DNA from: Dimorphilus gyrociliatus
Lineage: Eukaryota; Animalia; Annelida
Length of the DNA: 64,000 nucleotides
Assembly: GCA_904063045.1 (NCBI GenBank)
Contig: CAJFCJ010000007.1
Location: forward strand, 1,141,448-1,205,447
Reading direction: 5' to 3'
Shown here: positions 1-17,661 of the stretch, piece by piece
Layout of the letters: each line of letters opens with the position of its first letter
How positions within the stretch are numbered: the first letter of the stretch is position 1
The notes under the pieces: generated by a model
Databases searched by the model: none
Told to the model about the DNA's origin: nothing
What the model saw: the letters and a program-made list of their open reading frames with translations, nothing else
Program-made: the position numbers and the translations under genes

Positions 1-172
1 CCATAGAAAGAAATAGATCGAATCAAATAGAAAATTGACCGTTTTTCATACGAACACTAAAATAGGTTGAATAATTTTTTTGTTTATAAGAAATTGACTT
101 TTTTTCAAAAACACAGACAGAAAATTCTGTTGAACTGAATGCTTAAATATTTTTTTTCGTAGAGATTCATGT

Positions 173-2766
173 TTACTTCTCACTATTTTTGGAATTATCG
201 TCCACTTCTCTTTTAATTTGAATTGGAAGAATCTGGCAGTTTCCGGATGACTGAGTACTTTGTGATGGTTGACTGTCCGCCGTTTTATCAGTAGTTTCTC
301 TTTCGTTACTTTCTTCGTTCTTTTCAATATAACTGTTGAGTAATTCTCTGATGAATTCATCAATTTGACTGGTTTTTGGTGGAATTTGAATTTGAGAAGG
401 TAGCAGATGGACCAAAAGTTTCGAAACATTTTTTCTTAGCGAGTAGAGCTCTTTCAGATAAATGTTCATTTGTTCTCTCGCTTTACTATCTTCAACACGT
501 AGAGTATCTTCGGAAGAAGTTCTTGATTCGGGTAATCGTTCACTTCTAACTAGGGGTCCATCATCAAGTTTTGGTTCATTTTCCTTTTCAGTCGCATCAG
601 ATTTGTGTTCGGAATCGCTCGCTACTGAATGTTCTGATTCTTCAGATTTACTTCTTTTAGCTGCTATAGCCAGAAAAGATTTTTGTCGCTTCCTGGTTGT
701 CCTCAAAATTTCATTAACAGCCCTACTCGCTTTCTGTTCAACATCTCGCCTGTGATCTACATAAGCTTCGTCCATACTAGTATCAGATCTATGACCATTT
801 TTTGTGGAATTGCTGGTTAAAGATTGATTTTTCAACATTTCTATTTCCGCTTCTTTTTCATTAATAATTTTTTGCATGCTGTCTTTTTTCCTACGTTCAC
901 TGTAATAGAAAAAAATTAGCAATTTAAAATATTAAAAACTACACAGTATAACTTAATTATTATTACATTTTCTTGAATTTCTTTTCGTACGTGGCAGCTT
1001 TTATATTCGCGTCATCGTCCACTTCTTCATTAATTGAACAGCGGCTAAAATAAAGTTTTTTATAAAAACTTTTTAAAAGATAAATTCAAATTCTTACTTA
1101 AATTCAACATCTGTGTTCATTTGGCAATTCCATTTAGAAGGGTTGATTTTTTTCATGTTTGTATTTTTAGCTAATCTCCTCCATTTTAAGCAAAATTCAC
1201 ATTGAACCCAATTCCAGTCGGGGACAATCTGTTGGTTTAAGCCTGAATTTTTATCCATTTGTTTTGTATACCAATAATCATTTAATTTTTGGCCGAGAGC
1301 GTTCATAGTAGAGCTGTAGCGTCCATCTTTTTGAAAATCAGTTTTGTTGTGAATTGGTGTTAAAAAGTCTACTTCTATGACTCCAACAACACCCACACCG
1401 TGATCATTGGCCTGTTTCTGAATTCCAACACGTTCGTATGCTTTTATTAATCGATTTCTATGGTACATCATAATGCCATAATCATTTAGATTACTGCTAA
1501 ATCCAAATATAATAGGTACATTTTTCTGTAAAAAAGTAGGTTTATAAACATCCGTTTCCGTCTTAGATAAGCTTTTCGAAATAATCTTTGTAGCAACTTT
1601 TACACCACGTAAAATTATCTTCATCTTTGGTTTATTATATAAAATGGAACAAAAATGCCGTAGGCTTTTATTATAAGTAGATACATGATCCTCTATGTAT
1701 TTTGATATTTCACTCTCCGCATTTCCGATGTCCTGTGGATCAGAATCAAAATCAAGTTCAGGTCGTCCATCAACAGATTTTAGATTATGAATAATTATCC
1801 GAGTTCCTTTTTTTGGAATCTCTTGAAATTGGCGCATAATATCATGAGGAGACTTCATTGGTGAGTATTTAACGATTGCCTGAACTGATTCGCTTGAGTA
1901 GGCGTTAGTTACTTGCTTCCTTGTTGCTGAATACCAAGAAAGCATGGGCACTATAACTGTTTTGGCGTTAATCTTTTTTAAAAACGTTTGAGATAAGAAA
2001 CCCACAGACATTTTATCATCTTTCTTTGTAAACACGACAACGTCTCTTCCAAGTCGCATCGATCCACTTTTGAAACCATTTCCATAAAAACCTATTGGCT
2101 TGTGACCTTTTATTTCAACTTTATCGCAGTATCCAAATGATAACATTCTATGTAGTTGTTCTGGACTCATGCCATTTCCATCGTCAGTGAAACAAAGGCA
2201 CGTTTGCCCATTTAACTCTAATTTAACAATATGTAATTCTTTAGCCTGGACATCAGGGTCATAAGCGTTATCTAAGAAGAAAAGTATGCTTAAATCTTTC
2301 TTTTTTTGTTTAGAAATAAAACAGGTTTATTATACCAATTATTTCAGCAATTGCACTGAAAGGCCCAGTGTGAGAAGTAGAGTTAGCATGTAAGAATGAA
2401 GGTGAAACCTATGGTAGATATAAGGAAGTGAAGTTTAGCACTTAAATGAAGGTAAAGGCTTTTTCTATACTTTATACAATTTCAATATATTAACTAATTT
2501 TATTTTCGGCTACAAAATAACATTTTAAAGCCAAAAACATATCAGAATATATTTGAATAGAAAAAACCGCGCTTCAACTTGGACTTGCGAAATATAAATG
2601 AGAGATTATGAGGGATAAAGAAAACATAGTTCGAATAGAAAAAGCAAAAATGTGATAGATATGAAAATTTTTAATAAATTTCGATGTCTATTCCTACCTT
2701 TGCTTCTTTCATATTTAAGATTGTGCCGCTTTCTTTTTCATTTGAGGCGTTACTTGTATCAGCCAT
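173..2766 (-). CDS. MORC3: MORC family GHKL-ATPase / CW zinc finger protein (MORC3/4-like), 5 exons
   Basis: Exons 2766-2698, 2408-2336, 2271-1098, ~1045-966 and 899-173 joined by GT-AG introns. They encode [30 protein letters not shown]...FTDDGNGM (GHKL), GFYGNGFKSGSMRLG, the CW finger WVQCEFCLKWR...WNCQMNTD and a C-terminal coiled coil (LYSLRKNVSKLL). Family is secure; paralog assignment is less so. Confidence 0.9.
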
Positions 2767-2869
2767 GTTGAATATAGCGGATGCGGAAATTACCTTATCT
2801 TATTCAGTGCGAGCTGAGTATATTTAGCAGGCAGACTGTCAGTGTCGCTTTCTATTTCCGCCGGCAGCC
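2767..2869. promoter_or_regulatory. Ultra-compact bidirectional promoter between MORC and ATP synthase beta
   Basis: Only 103 bp separate the two divergent ATGs (2766 and 2870). GCGGAAAT (2783-2790) and its reverse complement ATTTCCGC (2854-2861) are mirrored, one just upstream of each start codon. Confidence 0.7.
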
Positions 2870-8015
<5,146 letters not shown>

Positions 8016-8801
8016 AAATACTACAATATTCACAACTGTGTTTCCATGTACGTAGTTGATTAATAGACCTTATAGTAATTCTGACAATCTTACTCTTTGT
8101 AAATTTAATGCATACAGAAAATGAAAAATGTCCTAATAATTACCATCAATGTGTCCTTATTTGTCCTTTAAAAATTTACATTGTGTAACATCTGTAAGAA
8201 TGTGAGAATTTCTATTAGGTCCTGCGTGAGTGGGATGTTGGGTTTTTGAATACAAACCAGTTAATACGAAAATCTTTACACTTAAAGTTTTAAGCGTAGG
8301 TTACTGTATATGTAAAGAGTGTCATTAGGTAGATTATTGACGATAAGACTTCAAATATGATTCAATTGGCGGATATTTAAGCCTACATAAATCATATAAT
8401 AGGTTTCGATAACTATTACTCGCCGAATATTACCTTGAACTAGATGTCGCTCCCTGCTAAAGTTGATACGAAGCAGAGGGGACATTTATGTCATACATTT
8501 AACGAAAGTCAGCGATGTTCACTTGAAGATAACATATTCGAGAGATACAATTCATTCTAGGCCTGCATTCTTACGCGAAACCTAATCTCCTCTGAATTTT
8601 AAATACTGTAATCGATTTTTTAATTGAGTTAGATTCCTTATCAAAAATACTCTAATCAAGTACCAAACAGGATATCCTTGGAAAGAAAATACTTTTTGCA
8701 GAATAGGTAGTATACGATTAAAAAAGGAAAAAATCCCTGGAGAAATTACTAAATTGATTTTTAAACAATATTTCAGTATTTGGAAGGAAGATCTAAAAAA
8801 A

Positions 8802-11800
8802 ATGAAAGCAACCGTGGTCGTCATTGTAATTTTGATCGATATTCTAAGTTTTGGTTAGTATAGCTTTTTTTAAATGGTAATACTATATAAAGCCATTTTT
8901 TTGTCGCTAATATTTAACAAGTAAAAAAAGTCTATTTTCTTGTTTCTTTAAAGAAGCTTCATAAAAAAGGCTACTTTAAACAAGGACACAATTTAACTGC
9001 TTTAACTATTGAAATGTTTATACGTGTCCTTTAAGAGTCTTTGTCATAGAAATTTCACCTAATCTTCACATACACTTGCATAATTCACTAAATATGGAAA
9101 TAAGATTCTCCATTAAACACTACTGTCATATAAATTTATAATATAATACTCAACATCTATTATAACAGGACTGTACATAAGAATAATGAAAAATGCCGTA
9201 TATTCACAATAGGCCCATGCCTTTGTTTTACACCCATTTCTGAACAATAATTAAATATAAAGTAGAAAAAAACTATGATATGTCTTTTTCATTAATTTGA
9301 TAGTGAAAGGCATTAGAGAAGATGCCGACTATTGGGGAAAAGTTGCTGATGAAGAACTTAATATAGCTCTAAAAGTTGATCTGAAAAAGGAAAAGGCAAA
9401 GAATGGCATCCTATACCTTGGAGACGGAATGGGATTAACAACAATTGCTGCGGCTAGGTGGTACGATATCCAAGAAAAAAAGCTAGAGGGTTCGAGAGAG
9501 TCTTTACTTTCTTGGGAAAAATGGCCTTTCGCTGCCTTGTCGAGGACGTATAATGTTGACTTGCTTACTCCAGATTCTGCGGGAACAGCAACTGCATTTT
9601 TGACTGGATCAAAAACGGTTGCTTCCGTTGTTGGTGTTGACGCAAATGTTAAAATAAAGAATTGTTCTACAGTTGAAAAAGCAAAAATTAATTCAATTGC
9701 TAAAAGTGCAATTGCGGAAGGAAAAAGCGTAGGCGTTGTCACTACAACAAGAATAACTCATGCTACACCATCGGCCTTATATGCTCATGCAGCTTATCGA
9801 TATTATGAAGGCTCGGCCGATTTACCAACTGATCAAGTTTGCGAGGATATCGCTAGTCAGCTGATTAACGGCGAAGTGGGAAAGAAATTAAAAGTTATGT
9901 TGGGAGGTGGAAGATATAACTTTATTCCAAAGGGCACCTACGATGCAGAATATACAAACAAAGCGAGTAAGAGGAGCGATGATCTGAATTTGATAGAAAA
10001 ATGGAAAAAGATGAAGAAGGAGGACGATAATTTAACAGACGAACAATATAAATATGTGCAAACTTTGGATGAATTTAATGCAATCGACACAGATAAAGTT
10101 GATTATTTACTCGGTCTATTTAATCCGAGTCACATGCAATACGAAGCGCATAGAAGTGAAGATATTTGGAAAGAACCAAGTCTCTCCGAAATGGTTGAAA
10201 AAGCGATTAAAATTTTAAAGAAAAATCCCAAAGGCTATTTTCTATTGGTAGAAGGAGGCAGAATAGACCATGGTCACCACGACAATCAAGCCTTTCTATC
10301 TATAAAGGATGCATCAGCGTTTAACGAAGCCATAGCACACTCTCAACAATTCATATCCCATTCTGATACTCTTCAAGTAGTGACCGCTGATCATTCGCAT
10401 TCATTCACTGTTAGCGGCTATTCAAAAAGAACTGATAACATACTAAAGTTTGCTACGTCATCTAACGAGACAACTCTTGCAGACGATAAGAAACCTTATA
10501 ATATTCTTGCCTACACCACAGGTCCAGGCTATAAAACACATAGGAAAGATGGTCCTAGAAAAGATTTAACAAAAGTTGATACCAGTATGTAAATTTTAAC
10601 TAATCAATTTTTCCCAATAGATAGATTATTAAGCACGTTTAAATCTTTTAGCCGATCCTGATTTCGTATCAGATTCTTTCCTTCCCAGACAATGGGAGAG
10701 TCACGGCGGAGAGGATGTGGCTATTTACGCAAAAGGGCCGTGGGCTCATCTATTCCATTCAGTTCACGAACAAAATTACGTAAATCATGTTTTTGAGTAT
10801 GCAATGTGTATTGGAAAATATAAAAGTTCCTGTAACAAAACTCCAGCTGGAACTAAAATTGGTATGAAACTTTATTTTAATTTTTAAAACTTGCATAAAT
10901 ATCTCTTTTTCAATAGATAAAAATTCTAAGGAACATTCGGAATATTGGAAAAAGATCGGTGAAAATGAATTAAAAATTGCTCTCGAGAAGAAGAAACTAT
11001 CGCAAAAGGCTAAGAATACCGTATTATTCGTTGGAGATGGAATGGGTTTATCTACAGTTACAGCCGCAAGATGGCACCACGCTCAGAAACGACAAATAGT
11101 TGGATCTAAGAGTCAACTGCTTTCGTGGGAGGACTGGCCTGATATTGGTCTATCTAGAACCTATACGGTCGATTCTTTGACAGCTGATTCGGCGGGATCG
11201 GGTACAGCCTTACTTTCTGGTATTAAAACTTATTCGCAGGTATTGGGGGTTGACATGAACACGAAGAAAGAGATTTGCTCAACAACGAATGATGGAAAAA
11301 TTGATTCCATTGCTCAACACGCTCTGAAAGAAGGAAAAAGCGTTGGAGTAATAACGACAAGCAGAATTACAGATGCAACTCCTGCTGCACTTTACGCTCA
11401 CTCAGCCTTCAGGGAATGGGAGGGATGGGCTCCGACACCATGTAAAGATATTGCTACTCAATTAATTGAAGGAAGCGTCGGGAAACAATTGAAAGTTATA
11501 CTCGGAGGCGGTAGGAAGAGCTTTATCCCAAAAGATAAGAGAGACGAGGAAGATATAAGTGAAATGAGTACAAGAAAAGATAACAAAGATCTAAGAGAAA
11601 CTTGGAAATCAATGAGAAAAGACGAGGGTCTAAAAGATGATAAATTCGCTTATGTAGAAAGGATGAACGAATTTAATTCGATCGATCCGAAAAAAGTTGA
11701 TTATCTCTTAGGCCTATTTTCCGGAGCTGAAATGAATTACGAAGCAAACAGACTAAATGATACATGGGGCGAGCCAAGTTTAGGCGATATGGCAAAAAAA

Positions 11801-12531
11801 GCAATTGAAATCTTAAAGAAAAATCCGAAAGGTTATCTTTTGCTGGTAGAGGGTGGTCGCATTGATCACGGACATCACCATAATCTTGCCCATTTAGCTC
11901 TAGACGATACATTAGCTTTACACGACGCCGTCGAGAAAGTTGAAAAAATGACGAAAAACGACGATACTTTAAAAATAGTAACAGCCGATCATTCACATTC
12001 ATTTATCATTAACGGATATTCGGATAGGAGCGAAAGTATTTTCGGTTTTGCAAGGAATCTAGAAGGCGACAGATTAGCCGAAGATAAAAAGACATATACA
12101 ATCTTATCCTACACAAATGGGCCTGGGTACCACTCAAATAGAATTAATGATATAAGAAAGAACTTGACATTAGAAGAAACAAGTAAGTTTCTTACAATCT
12201 TCATGATGTAATTAAAGGGATTCTTAATGATAAATATCTTTTTTATTAAAATCAAGCCAACCCTCATTATGCATTCGACTCTGGCGTCCCACTTGAGGAT
12301 GAAACTCATAGCGGTGAAGACGTTGCAATCTACGCTAAAGGACCATTCTCACATCTGATTCACGGCGTTCATGAACAGAATTATATACCTTACGTAATAA
12401 GTTACTCAATGTGCATCGGAAAGTACAATAAGGCTAAACATTGCTCCACTAATGGGAATGATAAATTAAATTCCATGAATATTTATAAGCTTTTAATTAT
12501 TTCTGTAATTCTTCTTTTTCATGCAAAATAA
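8802..12531 (+). CDS. Alkaline phosphatase with two tandem catalytic domains, a signal peptide and a C-terminal GPI signal (~1027 aa, 5 exons)
   Basis: Exons 8802-8853 (signal MKATVVVIVILIDILSF), 9304-10584, 10652-10861, 10917-12182 and 12257-12531, all phase-1 junctions and in frame. Each domain has GDGMG, DSAG (catalytic Ser), EGGRIDHGHH, TADHSH and E(S/T)H(G/S)GEDV. Hydrophobic tail LLIISVILLF. AP identity is certain; the single-chain fusion is inferred from splice signals. Confidence 0.85.
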
Positions 12532-12600
12532 AAAAGGGCATCAACAAGAAAAAATGATTATCTTTTGAATGCTATTCTCCAATTAATGAAAATTTTCTTC

Positions 12601-12634
12601 TCTGTCTGCCTGCCTGTCTGTCTCTCTTTCTTCT

Positions 12635-12691
<57 letters not shown>

Positions 12692-12695
12692 ATCT
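12601..12695. repeat. (CT)n microsatellite with a degenerate TCTG/CCTG lead-in
   Basis: Direct reading; lies between the convergent 3' ends of the AP gene and AXDND1. Confidence 0.95.
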
Positions 12696-12928
12696 TTTTT
12701 TTTCTCAATTTTTCCTTTAAAAATAGTTCAATTTTATTTGTTTATTTTTAATTATTCATTATGCAAATTGTATATATTCACAAAAAAAATCCACCAGTAA
12801 TTTGACACAGTAGAATTCCAAAGCAGAATAAAGTTTTGTTGGCAAACATCTCATTTTATTGTTTTAGCTTGGCACACTTAAATTTTAAATATATATTATT
12901 ATATTAATAAGAAAATACTGATCATATC

Positions 12929-15900
12929 TTAAACTTCTCCTCCGCCAGCTTCTTTTCTTGGTGTAGATTTCTTCTTAGAGCTTTTACTAATTGTTGATTT
13001 AGACTTTTCTTTCTTTTTCTCTTCTTTTTTCTTCAAACTCTGATTATCAATGGTTGATTGAGTTGATTGTTTTGTTGCTATTTCAGATATAACAGATTCC
13101 GGCGCAATAGTCGTCTCACCGTCTGTTGTTGCTACTGTTGTTGCATCGCTCTTCTTTAATTTTCTATCTAATTCACGGACTATTTCATTTAAATTTCGTA
13201 ACTCCTCTTCCAAATCTATAACTCTCTCTTCGGCCTTTTGAGCTCTTTCCTCTGTGTTTCTGTATAATAAAAAAAAAACAAAACTATGTTGTTTTTATTT
13301 ATCTATTTTTCATTGATATTTACATCAGATCTTCTTGCAATTTTTCAATCGTTTGTAACGTATCATAGGCCTTTTCAGATTGTTCTGTTTCCGGTTTTCG
13401 TAATCCCCTCTCGTCCCTTGTTCCCTGTAGAGATTTAGGCCTTGTTGTTTCGTCAAACCCTATCGCTTCTATTTCTTCCTTCTCCTCTTTTTCATTATCA
13501 GTTAGATCATCACCGCTATCTTCTTGCTCTTCTTGCAGATCTGCTTTTTCCTCCTCGACATCTTTCTCATCCCCTTCTTCGCCGTTTTTAGTTTCTTTAT
13601 TTTGGGTTTCTATTTCGACATTTTCGCTTTGTCCCTCTACAACCCTCTCCTCTTCAGCAGAAATTGTCTCTGAAGCCTTAAGTTCATCCCCTTCATGTTT
13701 CGTTTCGACTACCTGTGGAGGGGTTGACTGCTCCGTATTTTCTTCGTCGACTCTTGCTAAACCTTTTTGACCTTCTTCACATTCTACCACTGAAGCAGAT
13801 AGGGGCTCTTTCTCACCGTCTCTGTCCGATATAGTTTCCTCTTTCTCTTCCAATACTGTTGAATGAGTAGACAATTTAGTTTCTTGCCGCGAGAGTAATT
13901 CTTGGCCCACGGAAGATGGTGTTTCGCTCTTTTTCTCAACAACAATTTCCTCCTGTAATTCTTGTCCTGTTAACGCATAAACGAGAATTTTTGCAGTTGC
14001 TATCCATTCCTCAAATTCCGATTTCATCCTCGCCAAATCTATTTGTTCTTGTTCTGGATTTTCTTCATATTTAGAGAATTTTTGCTGAACAATAGCTTGA
14101 ACTATTCCTGAGCAGCATCTTAATGAATTATTAAAAATTGATCAAACTTCAATAAATAACATAAATAAATAAGACGAAAGGCAAGATGATTATTATTGAT
14201 AACTTACTGGACGAGATAGTTGTTGAAAGTCCGAAGTTTCGTAAATAGTTTTAAGACTGTATTACATAGTTGTTGATTGGTCTGTTTTAGAGTCTCTGCA
14301 TCATTGAGTAACTCGGGAGAATGATTCGATTTGTCAGGAGCAATTTTCAATAGAATTTGTACCATCCATTGTACCATATCGGTATGCAAGGAAGAAACCT
14401 GAATTAATATAATAAATTAGTTTTGACCTATTTCGTTTCTCTTAATCATTAAATTATTCATTAATACCGTTTGAATTAGCCTAGCATTCTCACTTTCTAT
14501 TCCATTCATTGTTGATGATAACCATTTTTGTGTTTTGGTCATCATGTCGTTTATCTCTAAACTATTTAAAAAATGTTAATTATATGTGTCGAATAGAGTG
14601 ATAGTATTCTTTTCATTTATATAAAACTAACTGTTTATGGTCTTCTTTATCAACTTCTTTTTTAGTAGAGCCAATTAAACCGAGAATCTGAGCGCACCAA
14701 CTCGAGTATTCCCCAAGAGTACTATAAAATCGAAGCCAATCCATATCGGGCAATGGGTTATTACCTTGAACGGCAACATGCAATTTCGTTTGCCAATGCT
14801 CAAAGCTGCCAGATAAATTAATGAGAAGTCTCGCGACCCCATTTTCTCCGGTCAAACGAACCTGACACTGTTCATGCATAGCTGTAATATCAAGGTTTAA
14901 TTCCTGCATGGCCTTCTGATCGCTATCTGAGTGACGATCGAATACCTCCAAGGCAATGTCAGCCCAGCCTTCCATATGCGAATGTGCTTCCTTCAATAAA
15001 TCATGATTATTTAATAGTTCATCACCTCCAAACGTCTCTAATTGTTCGGTTACCCTCTGAATATAAATGGAAAATATGTACAATCGTTGGGTAATTAAGT
15101 AATAATTAATAAGATATTAACCTGTCCCCATTTTGTAAGTCCTTCGAGAGCAAATCTTACTTTTTCAGGAGTGGGAGATTTCTCTACAAGTCCGTCAGAG
15201 CCCCTAAATATTTTTCGTATATCATTATTATCTTATTTAATTTTTAGGGAATTAGGGATAAATTGAATAACTTACAGGACAGTCTTATCAAAATCATCTC
15301 TGATAAATCTGACCCCTTCGAATATTCTTTCGACAATTTTCTTCATCCTTTTTTCATTGTTCTTCATATTCCCTTGAAATTCGAACATTAGCTCTCTGAA
15401 CTTATCAATATGCATTTGCAATTCCGCAAGCATGGAAGAGTCGGTTCCACTTAATAATATTGTAAAATGTTTAGCTAATTTAACCCATGCTTTTTCAGCC
15501 ACATGCAAACGTCTGGCATTTGTTAATTCGTGTTCTTCAGTCACCTTGAAGGAAATCAAGATGTTACGTAACACTTTTACAACTAATAGAAAATTTGTTT
15601 ACATAAAATTTATCTACTAACTTTCAACGCCAAACTGAAAGCAGCCTGACTCCACGTTTCCTTTTCATTATTTAACGCTGTCATATCTTTCTCCATTCTT
15701 TTTCTCTGAAGTTCGTACAAGTCGTGATATTCAGACAATAGATCCGTGTTTTTCTTCGAATCTAAAAGGGCCTCTTTTAATTCTTCCTTCGCCTCTGTAG
15801 CGGCTTTAGTAACATTTTCATCGTGTTCTCTAACGGTCAATAATTCGTCTGTTAATTGGGTCACAGTTTTTTTAAATTTTAAAAGCTCATCGGTTAATCT

Positions 15901-17394
15901 CCTATCCAAAGCCCTTTGGGCCATAACTTCCTCATGGAGACCTTTTATCTTTCAAGAACAAAAGAAAAGAAGAAAAACTAAGTTTAGAGGGTGAAGTTGA
16001 TAACTTTACGTAATTTTTTTTACTTGTTTTGGAACTCTGGATAGAATTTCAGCATATCTTCTTCGAATCTCTTGTAACAATTCTCCCCTTTCAGTGCACT
16101 CTAGCGTTGTTTGTCGTATTAATTCGTGAAATATAATATTGTATATATCTTGCTCCTTTTTCATTATTTCAATTAGATTGTGCATCTGAGTCGGACCGAT
16201 TTCTTCGTTCTCTAGATCATTCAAGCCAGCTTTATCTAGCATCTCGCCTAAAGTCTCTTTTAAGCGGAATACCTCGAAACGACTCGTCGGTTGCCTATTA
16301 AAAACATAAAGATAGGGAAAGTGATTATTTGTATGCGAAAGGGGCGACGAAAGAGTGAAAGAGTATGAGGGTAGAGAGGGGTTGAGAGTGAGAGGGGTGA
16401 GGGCGCGATGAGTAATAAAGCAACTTCTTAATAAGACAATTTAATCCCTTTTCCAAATTATGATATTCTAATATACTTACATAGATGGAAACGCTGTCAG
16501 ATGACATTCATGATCTTTGACCTTAGTCGTATATTTCCTGTAAATTAGAAATGATTGTTTAACCTTTATTTTGTTATTAATTAATTACTCTTACTCAGTG
16601 TGATATTCTAATCCCATAGTAGCTCGACTAATAGTATATAAATGATAAAATAATCGTTTATCAAATCATTTGATAATGATAATGCATTAATTTTAAAAAA
16701 AACCTTTTAACAACATGATACTCTTCCGGAATCAAACTATCTGGAAGTCGAACTTCCTTTTCCTCCTTTTCCTTCTTTTCTTCTCTCATCATTGTCAACT
16801 CTCTCTTTCTCTCACCGCTCGGATCGAATTTCGAGGGTTCTTCTTCAGGCATTTCCTCCTTAGGTACGTCATATAGAAAAGATATATCCCTGATTGATAA
16901 CAAAAAACCGCGTGTCTTTCTTATGCAAATTAGTTAACCTAAATTTTAATGTTTGCTCACTCTCCCGCGCCGCAGATGCATGGTGTCTCTAAGAGGTGTT
17001 TAAATTTTTCCCTCCTCCCGGGAAAGTTCCATACAGATGCCGGAGGTCTCTTCGACTGTTAATACCCGCTATTATGCAATAAATTAACTAGATAAAAGAA
17101 AGAAATATCACACCTTTGGCAACTGTTTAATTTTAGAAACAGGCCCTAAATTCTCTTTTGGAGCTGGTGGCTTTGTTAAGGAAAGTAAAAGATCCCTTGG
17201 AATATAGTCGCTACGTAATTCTACTGACTTTCTCTTTGACAATTCTAATCCTAGAATAAAGCAGTAAAGAGTGGTAAATAATTAACTGTCTCTCTTTCTT
17301 TACCCTTGTTCTATTACAAACCTTCCACCGAATTCTCTTTAGTAGAGTCCTTAGGGGACGCTTGAGGGGAGGGTCTTGGCACAACAGTGGTCAT
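12929..17394 (-). CDS. AXDND1: Axonemal dynein light chain domain-containing protein 1, multi-exon
   Basis: ATG at 17394 (MTTVVPRPSPQ). Spliced exons give LRSDYIPRDLLLSLT, VWNFPGRREKFKHLL..GAGRDISFLYD, LPDSLIPEEYHVV and GPTQMHNLIEIMKKEQDIYNIIFHELIRQTTLECTERGELL, matching the remembered AXDND1 pattern, then coiled coil and an acidic C-terminus. Internal exon borders were not all resolved. Confidence 0.88.
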
Positions 17395-17646
17395 TTTCTT
17401 TTTGTTTTGTTTTTAATAAAAAAATCACTGGAAAATATGGTTTATTAAAGGTAAAAATAATGAAATTCGATTATCGCTCTATTTTTAAATTAATAAAATT
17501 ATCGCAAGATCAAACAAATTATTAATTTAATTTTTTTTTAATTTATCGTAATTAACCAATTAAGAAGTATTTAAAAAGCTTTAGTTAAATATTCTAACCA
17601 TTATGTAAAAATTAACTTTTATTCCGTTAGATATTTCGTGCGTCCC

Positions 17647-17661
17647 GTTACTAATAGTAAC
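17647..17661. promoter_or_regulatory. Candidate RFX X-box upstream of AXDND1
   Basis: GTTACT-AAT-AGTAAC fits the X-box pattern GTTRCY-N(1-3)-RGYAAC, within a perfect palindrome (CGTTACTA-A-TAGTAACG), ~250 bp upstream of the ATG of a cilia/flagella gene. Confidence 0.5.

Noticed and set aside
2360-2375. MORC motif reads HTGPF instead of the usual HTWPF
   Set aside because: A single TGG/GGG difference that could be a base-call error or a tolerated variant; all GHKL catalytic motifs are intact.
8444-8485. Imperfect ~14-bp hairpin downstream of ATP5F1B
   Set aside because: No H/ACA, SECIS or miRNA hallmarks; compatible with chance.
9297-12211. Treating the two AP ORFs as two separate genes
   Set aside because: The second copy lacks a signal peptide, the first lacks a GPI tail, and a canonical in-frame 55-nt intron links them.
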